DNA of 64,000 nucleotides. Origin: Spirochaetia bacterium. GTDB lineage: Bacteria; Spirochaetota; Spirochaetia; UBA9216. Positions 19,251 to 28,500 of the stretch are shown one piece after another. Under the pieces are notes generated by a model. That model ran no database searches. It was not told where the DNA came from and saw only the letters and a list, made by a program, of their open reading frames with translations. The translations under genes were made by a program, and so were the position numbers. The stretch spans positions 160,001 through 224,000 of the forward strand of contig CAXXYH010000004.1 of NCBI GenBank assembly GCA_963677925.2. The letters run 5' to 3'. The first letter of the stretch is position 1. Every line of letters begins with the position of its first letter.

Positions 19251-20225
19251 TTATAGTTCTGCAAGTCCGCCGGTTTCTGAAAAGATAAAGCTGAAAACAT
19301 CGCCGTCTTCGGCTGTAAAAGTGAAACTTGCCAGCTCCCCGGAATCTCCGGTGACTACAATGGTATTGCCGGCTTGAATTTCAAGCCCTTCAAAGGTCCT
19401 GCTTTCATAAGCATCCAGATATGAGTAACCCGCTTTAGAATCAGCCATGGAATCCTCTATCAGAGAACCGTTAAGATATATACTGATAATATAATTTTCA
19501 CTGTTGCTGATGCTCAGGCTCATCTCTGATTCGCTTTCCGATTCAAGGAGGGGCAGCTCAACAGTTTTAGACAGGTCGTCTTCAGTCAGGATAAACTCCT
19601 CGGTAATTTCAGAAATAAGTGCGGACTCCGAACTGTTTTCGGGATTGCTCTGATAAAATTTCCACGTAATCGAGGTTCTTCCGAACTCCAGATATGCCTC
19701 TACTCCTGATTTATCAGCAGGGCTTAGAACCGCTACAGGCAGATATGTATCATCATCATTTATATAACCGATAACATAATCCCATTCCTGAGATCCCATT
19801 GCATTGGGAATAAAGGTTACAAGCGAAGTATCGCTGCTGTTGTCTCCTCCGGGATTCCAGGATCTGACTTCCGAATCAACATAAAGCTTGGCAACCCAGC
19901 AGTACTGACAGTTTTCAATAATCAGATCAGCCTCGGAGGCAACAAGACTCACCGGAACAAGCCACAGGTTTTTAAGTGAATCTTCAAGAATCTCAATGCC
20001 GATTCGTACAATGATACCTGAGGGAACAACCCCTACCGCTTCACCGTCTGCACAAAGGACAAAGTCTTCTGACAAAGACAATGTTGAAATTTCAAGATTG
20101 CCATCCCGCTGATCTGCATCAAGAACTGCCAGCCCATCAATGTACGTCGGCTCTGTAAACAATTCACATCCGGAAAAGATTGCTGTACTAATCAAAACCA
20201 GTACCAAACTAAATAATTTATTCAT
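19251..20225 (-). CDS. Lipoprotein, paralog of the N-terminal part of 17558-19213
   Basis: GGAGG RBS, lipobox FSGC; shares DGNL.I...LSED..LC..G.A.G.V, LKNLWL.P, WDY..GY.N.D.T..PVA.LSP.DK and IYLNG..IE..M...K.GYS with its neighbour. Confidence 0.75.
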   Translation of the reverse strand: MNKLFSLVLVLISTAIFSGCELFTEPTYIDGLAVLDADQRDGNLEISTLSLSEDFVLCADGEAVGVVPSGIIVRIGIEILEDSLKNLWLVPVSLVASEADLIIENCQYCWVAKLYVDSEVRSWNPGGDNSSDTSLVTFIPNAMGSQEWDYVIGYINDDDTYLPVAVLSPADKSGVEAYLEFGRTSITWKFYQSNPENSSESALISEITEEFILTEDDLSKTVELPLLESESESEMSLSISNSENYIISIYLNGSLIEDSMADSKAGYSYLDAYESRTFEGLEIQAGNTIVVTGDSGELASFTFTAEDGDVFSFIFSETGGLAEL

Positions 20226-20257
20226 TTTTGAGTCCTCCAAACTAACTTATGAGATAT

Positions 20258-20284
20258 TTAGTGGAGAAAGAGTGGAAAAACTTT
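20258..20284 (-). promoter_or_regulatory. Putative alternative-sigma promoter AAAG-N16-CCACTAA (copy 1)
   Basis: Minus strand AAAG-tttttccactctttct-CCACTAA, 32 nt before ATG 20225. Confidence 0.7.
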
Positions 20285-20337
20285 CTGAATTTTGTGAATT
20301 TTTAAAAAATAAAAACTTTTCCTGACTGATTTTTTAA

Positions 20338-20366
20338 TTGACAGCCTTAATATTCATGCCTATCAT
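20338..20366 (+). promoter_or_regulatory. sigma70 promoter of the vWA lipoprotein operon
   Basis: TTGACA (20338-20343), 17 nt, TATCAT (20361-20366). Confidence 0.7.
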
Positions 20367-20418
20367 CTTAACTGGTTTGCTCAAACCGTATATTTTACAT
20401 GCACCCGGAGGTCCTGCT

Positions 20419-21516
20419 TTGAAAAAGCATATGATTTTAATGACTACAGGTATACTTGCCGCACTGACAATTTTTTCCTGCAGCTTTATCGGCGGGCAGT
20501 CCGGAGTAACCGGATTGTATCTCGGCATAGTAGCATTTAATAACGGAACCACTCCTATGAGTATAGGCCCCCTCAATTCCAATACAGATACATCATATAA
20601 AAGCTTTATTAACGCTCTTGAAATGGATGATTCAACTACAATGTACCATGCGATCAATGAAGCCATAGATATGCTTCAGGCTGCCTCGCTTCCTGATGAC
20701 GTAACAAGTGTAAACCTGATAACAGTTACAGACGGAGTTGATCAGGGCTCGTACGATTTAAATGCTGCTTATGACAATAATTCCGAGTACCTGGCAGCAA
20801 TCCAGGATCGTTTTGCCGATGAAACCGTTAACGGAATTAAAATAGATGCATATTCATGCGGTGTTGAAGGAAACTATCCGGGAACACCGGAATCCTTCGA
20901 ATCTTCACTTGAAAGTATTACAGCCAATAACGGTTATGACTTGTCAGGCTCTCTGGATACTATCATTTACCAGTTTCAGGCCCTCGTCGAACAGCTTTCA
21001 ACATCATCAAGCGCACAGAACATGTCGATTACCCTTCCAGCAGTGAACCCCAGTGATGTTGTTTGTTTCACATTTGACAGTTTATCACCTGTCACTTCAG
21101 CTCTGTATATACAAGGCACATTCAACAATTCCGCAGGAGTTTCCTCACTGACAGGCGTTACATATGGAGGAATGAGTTCAGGCAGCGGAACATCAATAAC
21201 AGGAACAAACGGCGACGGGGTTGAGAAAATCTTCAACTTTGAAAATATTGCACTTGATTCAGGAGACATGCTTGAAACAACCAATATCCAGCTTTGGCTT
21301 CGCGAATACAACGATGCTGACGGAACCTGGGGAGACTGGGTACAGCGCGGAGAATTCGATTCTGATAATGCAACACTGACGACTGTAACAAGCTCAAGCG
21401 CAGTGTTTGTATTTGTTCTGGATGCCAGCAGCTCCCTTGGAACAGATTTCAGCAGAATTCAGACCATGGCAAACGATACGATTGATACCATGATTGAAAG
21501 CTACAACTACGAATAA
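20419..21516 (+). CDS. Lipoprotein with a circularly permuted vWA domain
   Basis: GGAGG RBS then TTG; lipobox IFSC; LGIVAFN, TTMYHAI, LITVTDG in the N-half; FVLDASSSL (DxSxS) at the extreme C-terminus. Confidence 0.75.
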   Translation: MKKHMILMTTGILAALTIFSCSFIGGQSGVTGLYLGIVAFNNGTTPMSIGPLNSNTDTSYKSFINALEMDDSTTMYHAINEAIDMLQAASLPDDVTSVNLITVTDGVDQGSYDLNAAYDNNSEYLAAIQDRFADETVNGIKIDAYSCGVEGNYPGTPESFESSLESITANNGYDLSGSLDTIIYQFQALVEQLSTSSSAQNMSITLPAVNPSDVVCFTFDSLSPVTSALYIQGTFNNSAGVSSLTGVTYGGMSSGSGTSITGTNGDGVEKIFNFENIALDSGDMLETTNIQLWLREYNDADGTWGDWVQRGEFDSDNATLTTVTSSSAVFVFVLDASSSLGTDFSRIQTMANDTIDTMIESYNYE

Positions 21517-21531
21517 ATAAGGAATACAATT

Positions 21532-22155
21532 ATGCTTCGAAAACTTTCTCTGATTTTGTGTATTTTTTTTCTGACACAGTCCCTGTTTGCGCTGAACTTC
21601 ATTCGGGCGGCCTACCGTGAAACATACCGGAACTATGATTTCAACAGCAGTGAATCTGAATATGAAACTGAATCAACAAAAATCGGTGAACTTGGACTGA
21701 ATTATACCTATGTTGAAGATAATGGTATGTATTTAAGTACATCTATACTGCTTCCGGGAATTTATACACAGAAGATTGATGATACAGACACTGGTCTCAC
21801 AATATACGATGTAAGGGATTATAACGGACTAAGTATTGGTATCGACACCCTGTTCGGCTTTGGCGGCATTATGTATGACGATATTTTAACCTCAGCAGGC
21901 TTCGGTGCCCATTTGAACGGTACATCTATTAAAACATGGAACGATGAATACATCCATAGATATAACCTTGGATTCGGATTTGCAGCAGATATGATTTTTC
22001 TAATAAGTGATGCATTTAATCTGAATATAGGAGGCATGGTTGCCTGGGATTTAATAAGAATTGCTGAAGATCCTGTTATTACCGAAGATGCTGGCGCTTC
22101 AATTGGAACCGTATCCTGGAGTATTTATGCCGGTACAGGCTGGGGATATTATTAA
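21532..22155 (+). CDS. Probable small outer-membrane beta-barrel protein
   Basis: Signal peptide (SLFA); Gly/aromatic-rich amphipathic strands; ends ...IYAGTGWGYY. Confidence 0.6.
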   Translation: MLRKLSLILCIFFLTQSLFALNFIRAAYRETYRNYDFNSSESEYETESTKIGELGLNYTYVEDNGMYLSTSILLPGIYTQKIDDTDTGLTIYDVRDYNGLSIGIDTLFGFGGIMYDDILTSAGFGAHLNGTSIKTWNDEYIHRYNLGFGFAADMIFLISDAFNLNIGGMVAWDLIRIAEDPVITEDAGASIGTVSWSIYAGTGWGYY

Positions 22156-22171
22156 TTTTTAAAATTCGTGT

Positions 22172-22198
22172 AAAGATTTCATCTGCTTCTCCCACTAA
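22172..22198 (+). promoter_or_regulatory. Putative alternative-sigma promoter AAAG-N16-CCACTAA (copy 2)
   Basis: AAAG-atttcatctgcttctc-CCACTAA, 33 nt before ATG 22232. Confidence 0.7.
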
Positions 22199-22231
22199 CT
22201 GAATTAACGAGAATAATTCAAGGAGAAACAG

Positions 22232-22927
22232 ATGAAAAAAATCATTTCAATACTGTTCCTGCTTTTAGCCGGAACCGCCCTTTTTGCTGATACAGTCAGC
22301 TGGTACACAAGCTACGACAAGGCGCTTGCCGCCGCAAAAAAAGAAAACAAAAATATATTTCTTCTTATTACCGCCCCCAGCTGGTGCGGATGGTGTGTCA
22401 AACTGGAAGAAAATGTACTGAGTAAATCAGACGTTCAGCAAGCCATAAGCAAAGACTACATCCCCTTAAAACTGCTCGATGAGATAAACGGGGTCCGTAA
22501 TCCGGAACTCTCCAATTTCAACTTCAGCGGATATCCTACGGTACGTATCTACAGCAAGGACGGGAATTTTGTACAGGATATATATTCCCAGGATAAAAAC
22601 AAAATGCTTGCATCATTGGACAGCTATAAAAATCCGGCAATCAGCAGCAATCAGGCCAAACCGGAAAAATTCATTGCCTACCCGAATTCAAACGGTGATA
22701 AGTGGGAATTTGAAAGCAGCGGCGACGGCTTCTGGTCTTTGACAGTCGGAGAAGATGAGGAAGTTCTGATGGAGTTTGAATCAGATAATGATTTTATCTA
22801 TCTTATGGACGGCAGCGGCATGTATGCCATAGCACTGCCGCTGAAAGGGAGCGACGGCGGTCTTGGAAGAGTTGGTGATGATGGTGTCGACTGGACAGTA
22901 TTGGCAGGATTTGAAAAAGTTGAATAA
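22232..22927 (+). CDS. Exported thioredoxin-family protein with an extra C-terminal beta domain
   Basis: Signal peptide; W.TSYDKAL..AK.ENK.IFL.ITAPSWCGWC; cis-Pro GYPT. Confidence 0.85.
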   Translation: MKKIISILFLLLAGTALFADTVSWYTSYDKALAAAKKENKNIFLLITAPSWCGWCVKLEENVLSKSDVQQAISKDYIPLKLLDEINGVRNPELSNFNFSGYPTVRIYSKDGNFVQDIYSQDKNKMLASLDSYKNPAISSNQAKPEKFIAYPNSNGDKWEFESSGDGFWSLTVGEDEEVLMEFESDNDFIYLMDGSGMYAIALPLKGSDGGLGRVGDDGVDWTVLAGFEKVE

Positions 22928-22952
22928 TTAAAGTCTATTAAAAATATCACTG

Positions 22953-22980
22953 AAGCAGGGCTTTTTTGTCCTGCTTTTTT
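22953..22980 (+). terminator. Rho-independent terminator
   Basis: AAGCAGGGC-TTTTTT-GTCCTGCTT followed by a T-run. Confidence 0.7.
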
Positions 22981-23059
22981 CTGTTTAAATCCGGCAGCTG
23001 ATTTATCAAAAAGAAGTAATTATGTAGTATAAGAGGACACAAAAGCACAGGAACCATAA

Positions 23060-24547
23060 TTGAAAGTTAAAAGAAGGATTTTGAAACCATACAGGTCCAA
23101 TATCGATATCACCCCCCTTATGATCGAAATTACAGTTTCGGTACTGGCCGGCTTTTTCCTCCTTTTCTGGGGGATGATTTTTTTCAGCAACACATTTTAT
23201 CAGCAGTCAAAGCTCACAAAACTTCGCAATACATTTATTGGAAATGCAGGCGATGAAGAAATATACAGGGATGTCACAATCTTATCACCTGACATTGATG
23301 ATACAATAATCAATAATGGTGAAAATGATTCATCCTATCTTCTGAAGTTTATCACTGATGCAGTTTCAGTATGTGCTGAATTCGCCCGAAACGGTTCACC
23401 TGACTCAATAATTGTTCTGGGTATTGATTATGCCATCGCCGGGGCTGATTTTTCAGACGAAGAACTCCGTCCGCTGGCAGATCTTATAGGCTCGCTCCCT
23501 CCGAACTTTCGTGTAGTTTTCGGAACCTTTCTTCTGGATTCACCGGGCGGTCCCGTTTCAGGAACCCAGCATCTGTTCAGCCGTATAGCCGGTCTTTCAA
23601 AAACGCCTGTTAGAACAGTTCCACATAGTACCCAGATTTACTTCGGATCAATTGAAACTCTGAATGCGACTGTTACAGCCGGCTTCGAAGGAGGCGGGGG
23701 ATATTCAATTGCAGCAGGATACCAGCCGCTGATACCAGTCAATTCAACCACTGTGGCAGCGGGAGCCTCTGTTAAAAGCGTATCGGCCTACCTTTCCTTT
23801 CCTTTGGCTATGTTTGCTGCTGGAGAGATAAATCCGCTTCAGTTCGGAGGGAATCCTTCAGAGTTCATACTTTCCGATTACGGTTCGGCCGCAGGCGCAG
23901 CACGGCGTCAAAGCGTTACTCTTTTTATATCTGAAGACGGAGCAGACTCTATCACAGTAATAGAAGAGAGAACTGGATATTCACGTGAGGAATTATCCGG
24001 TCCGGTATATTATGACATCAGAACTTCCAATGATACTGATGCAGTCCCCGGCCGTTTTTACTGGCTGTCGGATTTCCGGGCGCTTGTAAATAATGCCAAA
24101 CCCGGCGATAGCCAGGGAGTTAAGTACATTTTTGCAATCCCACCGCTTCTCCCGGCTTATTTTTCAGAAGCCGACAACGATCTGACCCTTACATCAGCCA
24201 GCGGAATCAATCGTTTTACCGGCGAATACACTCAGGTGCGTGGTGTCGTCAAACACATAACTGCTCTCTCAAATCTAAGAAACGCCCGGCGCCTGGTACA
24301 GAAACCGGGATGGTCTGTAATACTATCTGTTATTTTCGGAGCTGCGGTAATAGTTTTGTCTGCGGTTGCCCCTTCCTTTTTCCACAGCCTGCTGTGGACT
24401 TCAGGATTAATGGCAGCCTTTGTGCTAATTATTTTCACTGCATTTACTTTCGGGAATCTGATTTCCTGGAATTTAGGGCTTGGATTAATTCTGGGCGGCT
24501 TTATTATCATGAGCTTTATTCGACTGCTGGCAGCAGACCGGCAGTGA
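23060..24547 (+). CDS. CHASE2-like membrane protein lacking a cytoplasmic output domain
   Basis: N-terminal TM, large extracytoplasmic region with 'IVLGIDY' and 'RGVVKHITALSNL' (cf. CHASE2 IGLDI / GVEIHA), then three terminal TMs and a stop. Confidence 0.55.
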   Translation: MKVKRRILKPYRSNIDITPLMIEITVSVLAGFFLLFWGMIFFSNTFYQQSKLTKLRNTFIGNAGDEEIYRDVTILSPDIDDTIINNGENDSSYLLKFITDAVSVCAEFARNGSPDSIIVLGIDYAIAGADFSDEELRPLADLIGSLPPNFRVVFGTFLLDSPGGPVSGTQHLFSRIAGLSKTPVRTVPHSTQIYFGSIETLNATVTAGFEGGGGYSIAAGYQPLIPVNSTTVAAGASVKSVSAYLSFPLAMFAAGEINPLQFGGNPSEFILSDYGSAAGAARRQSVTLFISEDGADSITVIEERTGYSREELSGPVYYDIRTSNDTDAVPGRFYWLSDFRALVNNAKPGDSQGVKYIFAIPPLLPAYFSEADNDLTLTSASGINRFTGEYTQVRGVVKHITALSNLRNARRLVQKPGWSVILSVIFGAAVIVLSAVAPSFFHSLLWTSGLMAAFVLIIFTAFTFGNLISWNLGLGLILGGFIIMSFIRLLAADRQ

Positions 24548-24594
24548 CTCTAAGATATAAAATTAATCATTACTATTAAATTGGGGGATACCTG

Positions 24595-25536
24595 ATGAAC
24601 AGCAAACGCTATTCCATTTTCACAATACTTCTTCTTTTATGTACAATTGGTATTACAGCACAAAACCAGCCTGTAGGAGTCATTCTGGAAACCGCAGGAG
24701 ATATACAGATCAGCAGTATCGACGGAAAACCCGAGGTCGCAAAACCGGGGCAGGAAGTATATCAGGACAGCCTGTTTTTTTCCAACTCATGGGAAGCATA
24801 TGCATTCGTAGTAGTTGGCAGCGCCTCTGATACCGGAGCTGACAGAAACATTGTTATTGAATATCTGCCGGCCTATCCGGACGGACTTGGAATCGAACTT
24901 ACGAATCTTCCAATTCTGAGCTCTGATAAATTACATAGTTATAAGGAAGCTCTTGGAGGAAAGACTCTTCGCAGCAGCGGTGAAATCAATATTCCTGAAG
25001 GAGTTCCCGAAGGAGCAATGCCGATCACTCCCGGAGGAATAGAATCGTTCTTTATGGATTCAATTAATTCAGGAATCAATCTGCTGTTCGGTCTTCCATC
25101 AGAAGGATTTAAGAGATCGGACTCAAATACCCGGTTATTTCCTGTTTCATCGCTGAGTGATGTAAAAGCAATCAGTTTATCATTCTCAGTTCCGGAAGAG
25201 GAAATCACTCCGGATAAAAAAGAGCAGCGGACATTTGCTCTTTCCCCCGCTGATAACGGCTTCTGGTCATTTCCTTTGAATTCTGAAACCCTTCCCGAAG
25301 GTTTTAAATCAATGGGCAACCTGATACTGCTGCTTAATGTATCAAACTCTGACGGAAGCGGCCAGGACTTGTGGCTGAATGTCAGAATTGCATCAAACAG
25401 CTATCTCGACTTTCTAAAGATGTCTATACAGAGGTCAACTTCAGACCCGGTCCAGCAGTCAACCAGACTGAACGCAGCACTTCTCAGTGAAGGCTTCAGA
25501 TATGCAGTAGAAAACGGAGTAGTGATTGCCGACTAA
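24595..25536 (+). CDS. Exported hypothetical protein with FecR-like N-terminal strands and a GGxxxRS motif
   Basis: Signal peptide; 'VGVILETAGDIQI...AKPGQEVYQD' resembles FecR-type N-termini; 3' end overlaps the CHAT gene start. Confidence 0.55.
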   Translation: MNSKRYSIFTILLLLCTIGITAQNQPVGVILETAGDIQISSIDGKPEVAKPGQEVYQDSLFFSNSWEAYAFVVVGSASDTGADRNIVIEYLPAYPDGLGIELTNLPILSSDKLHSYKEALGGKTLRSSGEINIPEGVPEGAMPITPGGIESFFMDSINSGINLLFGLPSEGFKRSDSNTRLFPVSSLSDVKAISLSFSVPEEEITPDKKEQRTFALSPADNGFWSFPLNSETLPEGFKSMGNLILLLNVSNSDGSGQDLWLNVRIASNSYLDFLKMSIQRSTSDPVQQSTRLNAALLSEGFRYAVENGVVIAD

Positions 25537-28500
25537 CCCCCGGATTCGTAGTTTTTTTATAACACTTTTTTTTCTCGTGTTATCAACAGGGCTGTCTGCG
25601 CAGACTGACCGATGGCTCGATGCAGAGAGTATATCCGAGTTCAGGCTTGTTGATTCAACAGGGATAAGGGCTGTTGCGGTTTCACCCGACGGGAACTTTT
25701 TAGTTACCGGAGGAAATGACGGAACAGCAAGAATCTGGGAAACGTTCAGCGGAAAACTGACACGGGAATTGTACTCAAATGAAGATGACAGAATATTTTC
25801 CGTTTCCATTTCGCCTGATGGAGAAAGTATTGCAGCCGGATACTACAGCGGAATCATCAGACTATGGTCGACTGACACAGGTGAGATAATCTGGGAGACT
25901 CCAAAGATCTATGGAGCCTCTACAGTAGAGGAATTGAACTTCTCTCCTGATGGAGCAAGCATAGCGGCAATAGTCGGGTATGACGGACTTGTTATTCTTA
26001 ATGCTCTTAATGGGAGCACCCTCCTCCCGATCAATAGCATTGAATCGACTTATCAGCACCCAACTTCTGCAGCATTTTCAAAAGACAGCAGATTTGTTTT
26101 TGTAACTGCATCTATTTACATATATAAAGTGGAGATATCCTCCGGTGAAATATTACAGAAGGAACGGGGCGGCAACCCCTTAGCAGCATTTCCAGATAGC
26201 GGGCTGCTTGTAAATAACGGCTCTGAAAATCCGTCAATAATAAGAACCTCAGACCTGCAGCAGAAAACAGAATTTGAAGCACCAGGACATGCACACGCTT
26301 CAACCGGGACTATCAATGATATAGCAGTAGCCCCTGATGAAAGTATAATCGCAACATCCGGCCCGGACGGAACAATCAGATTGTGGGATACAGCTGACGG
26401 CGCCCAGTTAAACAAGCTTGTTTTCACGGGAGAACCGGAAGCTGTTGTTTTCCTGCCTGACAGCCGTTTTTTTGCAGCCGGCTTCAGTACCGGAGAAACC
26501 CTTATCTTCCGTGTAAGCGACGGAGCTCCGATCATGTCCTATGGAGAGAAAAAGTCCAATCCTGAAAAACCAGCAGCGCGCGAAATTGATCTTAAGGGTA
26601 ACGACTCATTTGCCAGATACGGACTGAAATGGCAGCAACTGAATGAGACAGCCCGCGAAGCCATAGAGTCCGGAAACCCGGCGGATGCTCTGGTTTATAC
26701 ACTCAACTATATTACCCAAAACCAGCCGGAGATCAGAGGCTTGGGCTCAGTGATGAGCACATCACTGCTTTTTGATACATATCTGATCGCTTCTGCAGCA
26801 GCATACATGCTTGATTTACACGCAGATGCAGTTGAATTTTTTTCACTTGCAGTTTCACCATGGGAAAAATCCGAGTACTATCCGGACAGGAATAACCCCA
26901 TGCTTTCTTCCTATGCAGGCTGGATAGGGTTTTCAGACAGAGAAAATGAACTTCGTAATTTTACAGGACTCAGCCCGGAGGAATCATTAAGCGGTATTAT
27001 TGAACTGCTGTATCCGGATCAGGCTGCAGAATTACTGATTGAATTTGTAGAAAGAGGCGTGACATTTCATATGCCGATTGTAAGGCAGGGGAAATTCTCA
27101 AATCTGCCCTTTCCCCGAAAGTCCATACTCAATGAGATTTTAAAACTGTTTAAGAGCAGTAATTTAAACGATCAAATTCTTTCAGTAAATCTTTCAACCG
27201 CGTACATTCTCCTTGCATATGCAGACTCGCCATGGAATCAGATTGAGGATGAAGAGTTCAAAATAATTGATAATCTTTATCAAGAAATCTCTGTGTTTGA
27301 TTCATCCTCATCACCTGACTTAGCAAGGAAAAAAAGCCGCTTTCTTCTGAATTACGGAGTCCTGTTGATACAAAGATCTGCAGACAGCACCCGCTATAAC
27401 CGCATAATACAGCAGGCTCTCGATACCGCAAAGATTTCCCGGGATGGAGATCTCATTATTGCTGTAGTTAGTGTGATCGAACAAATGTTACGTACTGAAA
27501 ACGATGTTAACTGGGAAAACATTTTCACTGAAGATCTTATTGCCGGGATTATTTCAGAAATAAAGGAGAACAACCAGGATACTCATGAACTGATCCTGAT
27601 GAACGATTTATTTGATGAACTGAAATTATTCCAGGAACAGAAACTGATGTACAAGGTACTTAACATTGATCCAGAATATGAATCATCTGATGAGGATTGG
27701 CTTTCACCGCCTTTCAGTATTCTTGATTCCGCATTCGGTGCTGATGAAGGAAATGACTGGACATGGGATGTCCGGACAGAAACATCACTCAAAAACGGTA
27801 TGGAAGCCTTGTCACAGTATTACAGCACAGACCCGCTTCTAACAGAGATTGATGCTGAACTGATAAGTGAACTATTTGAGTTTACAGATGATCTGATTTA
27901 TTATGATGAAGATTTCATTTCTTCATCCATAATTATCAATTGGCTGCTCAATTTTATCATAGAACATCCTGCATTCTCACTGCTTGGAGATTACGGGTAT
28001 TTCGACGATCTCATGGAAATGTTTGATAACGCCCTCACGGCAGCAGCTTTCACTCAGGATGTTGAAATGCTTGAAAAAACCCAGCAGGTATTATCATCTT
28101 TTGGGATTGATTCCGATGCAATGGCCCTCGAGCAGGAGACTGTCTCTTTGCTATTTTCGACATATATGAGATCAGGAAATCTTAATGCGGCAGCCGGCCT
28201 GCTGGAAAGCTTCCTTGAGCCTTTTTTCAGCTATGCAGCATCAACTGACTCTTATGCCAATGATCTTTCAGGGTTTATAGATCAATACCTTCTGGTTTTA
28301 AGTTCACTCGGCAGAAATGACGAGGTCATAACCTATTCATTAAAAAACCGTCATAGCCTGAGGCCCCTTCCTCCGGAAATATGGTTCCGCCTGGGCTATT
28401 CATTAATGGCAGAAAACCGGTATGAAGCGGCGGTATTTGCATATGAAAATGCTTACGGTTTATTCAGATCTTTCGGCGGTGATAATATAGACATCCTTGG

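Noticed and set aside
24551-24578. TAAG...TACTATT upstream of 24595 as a fifth copy of the island promoter motif
   Set aside because: Spacing is one base short and both boxes mismatch; too weak to call.
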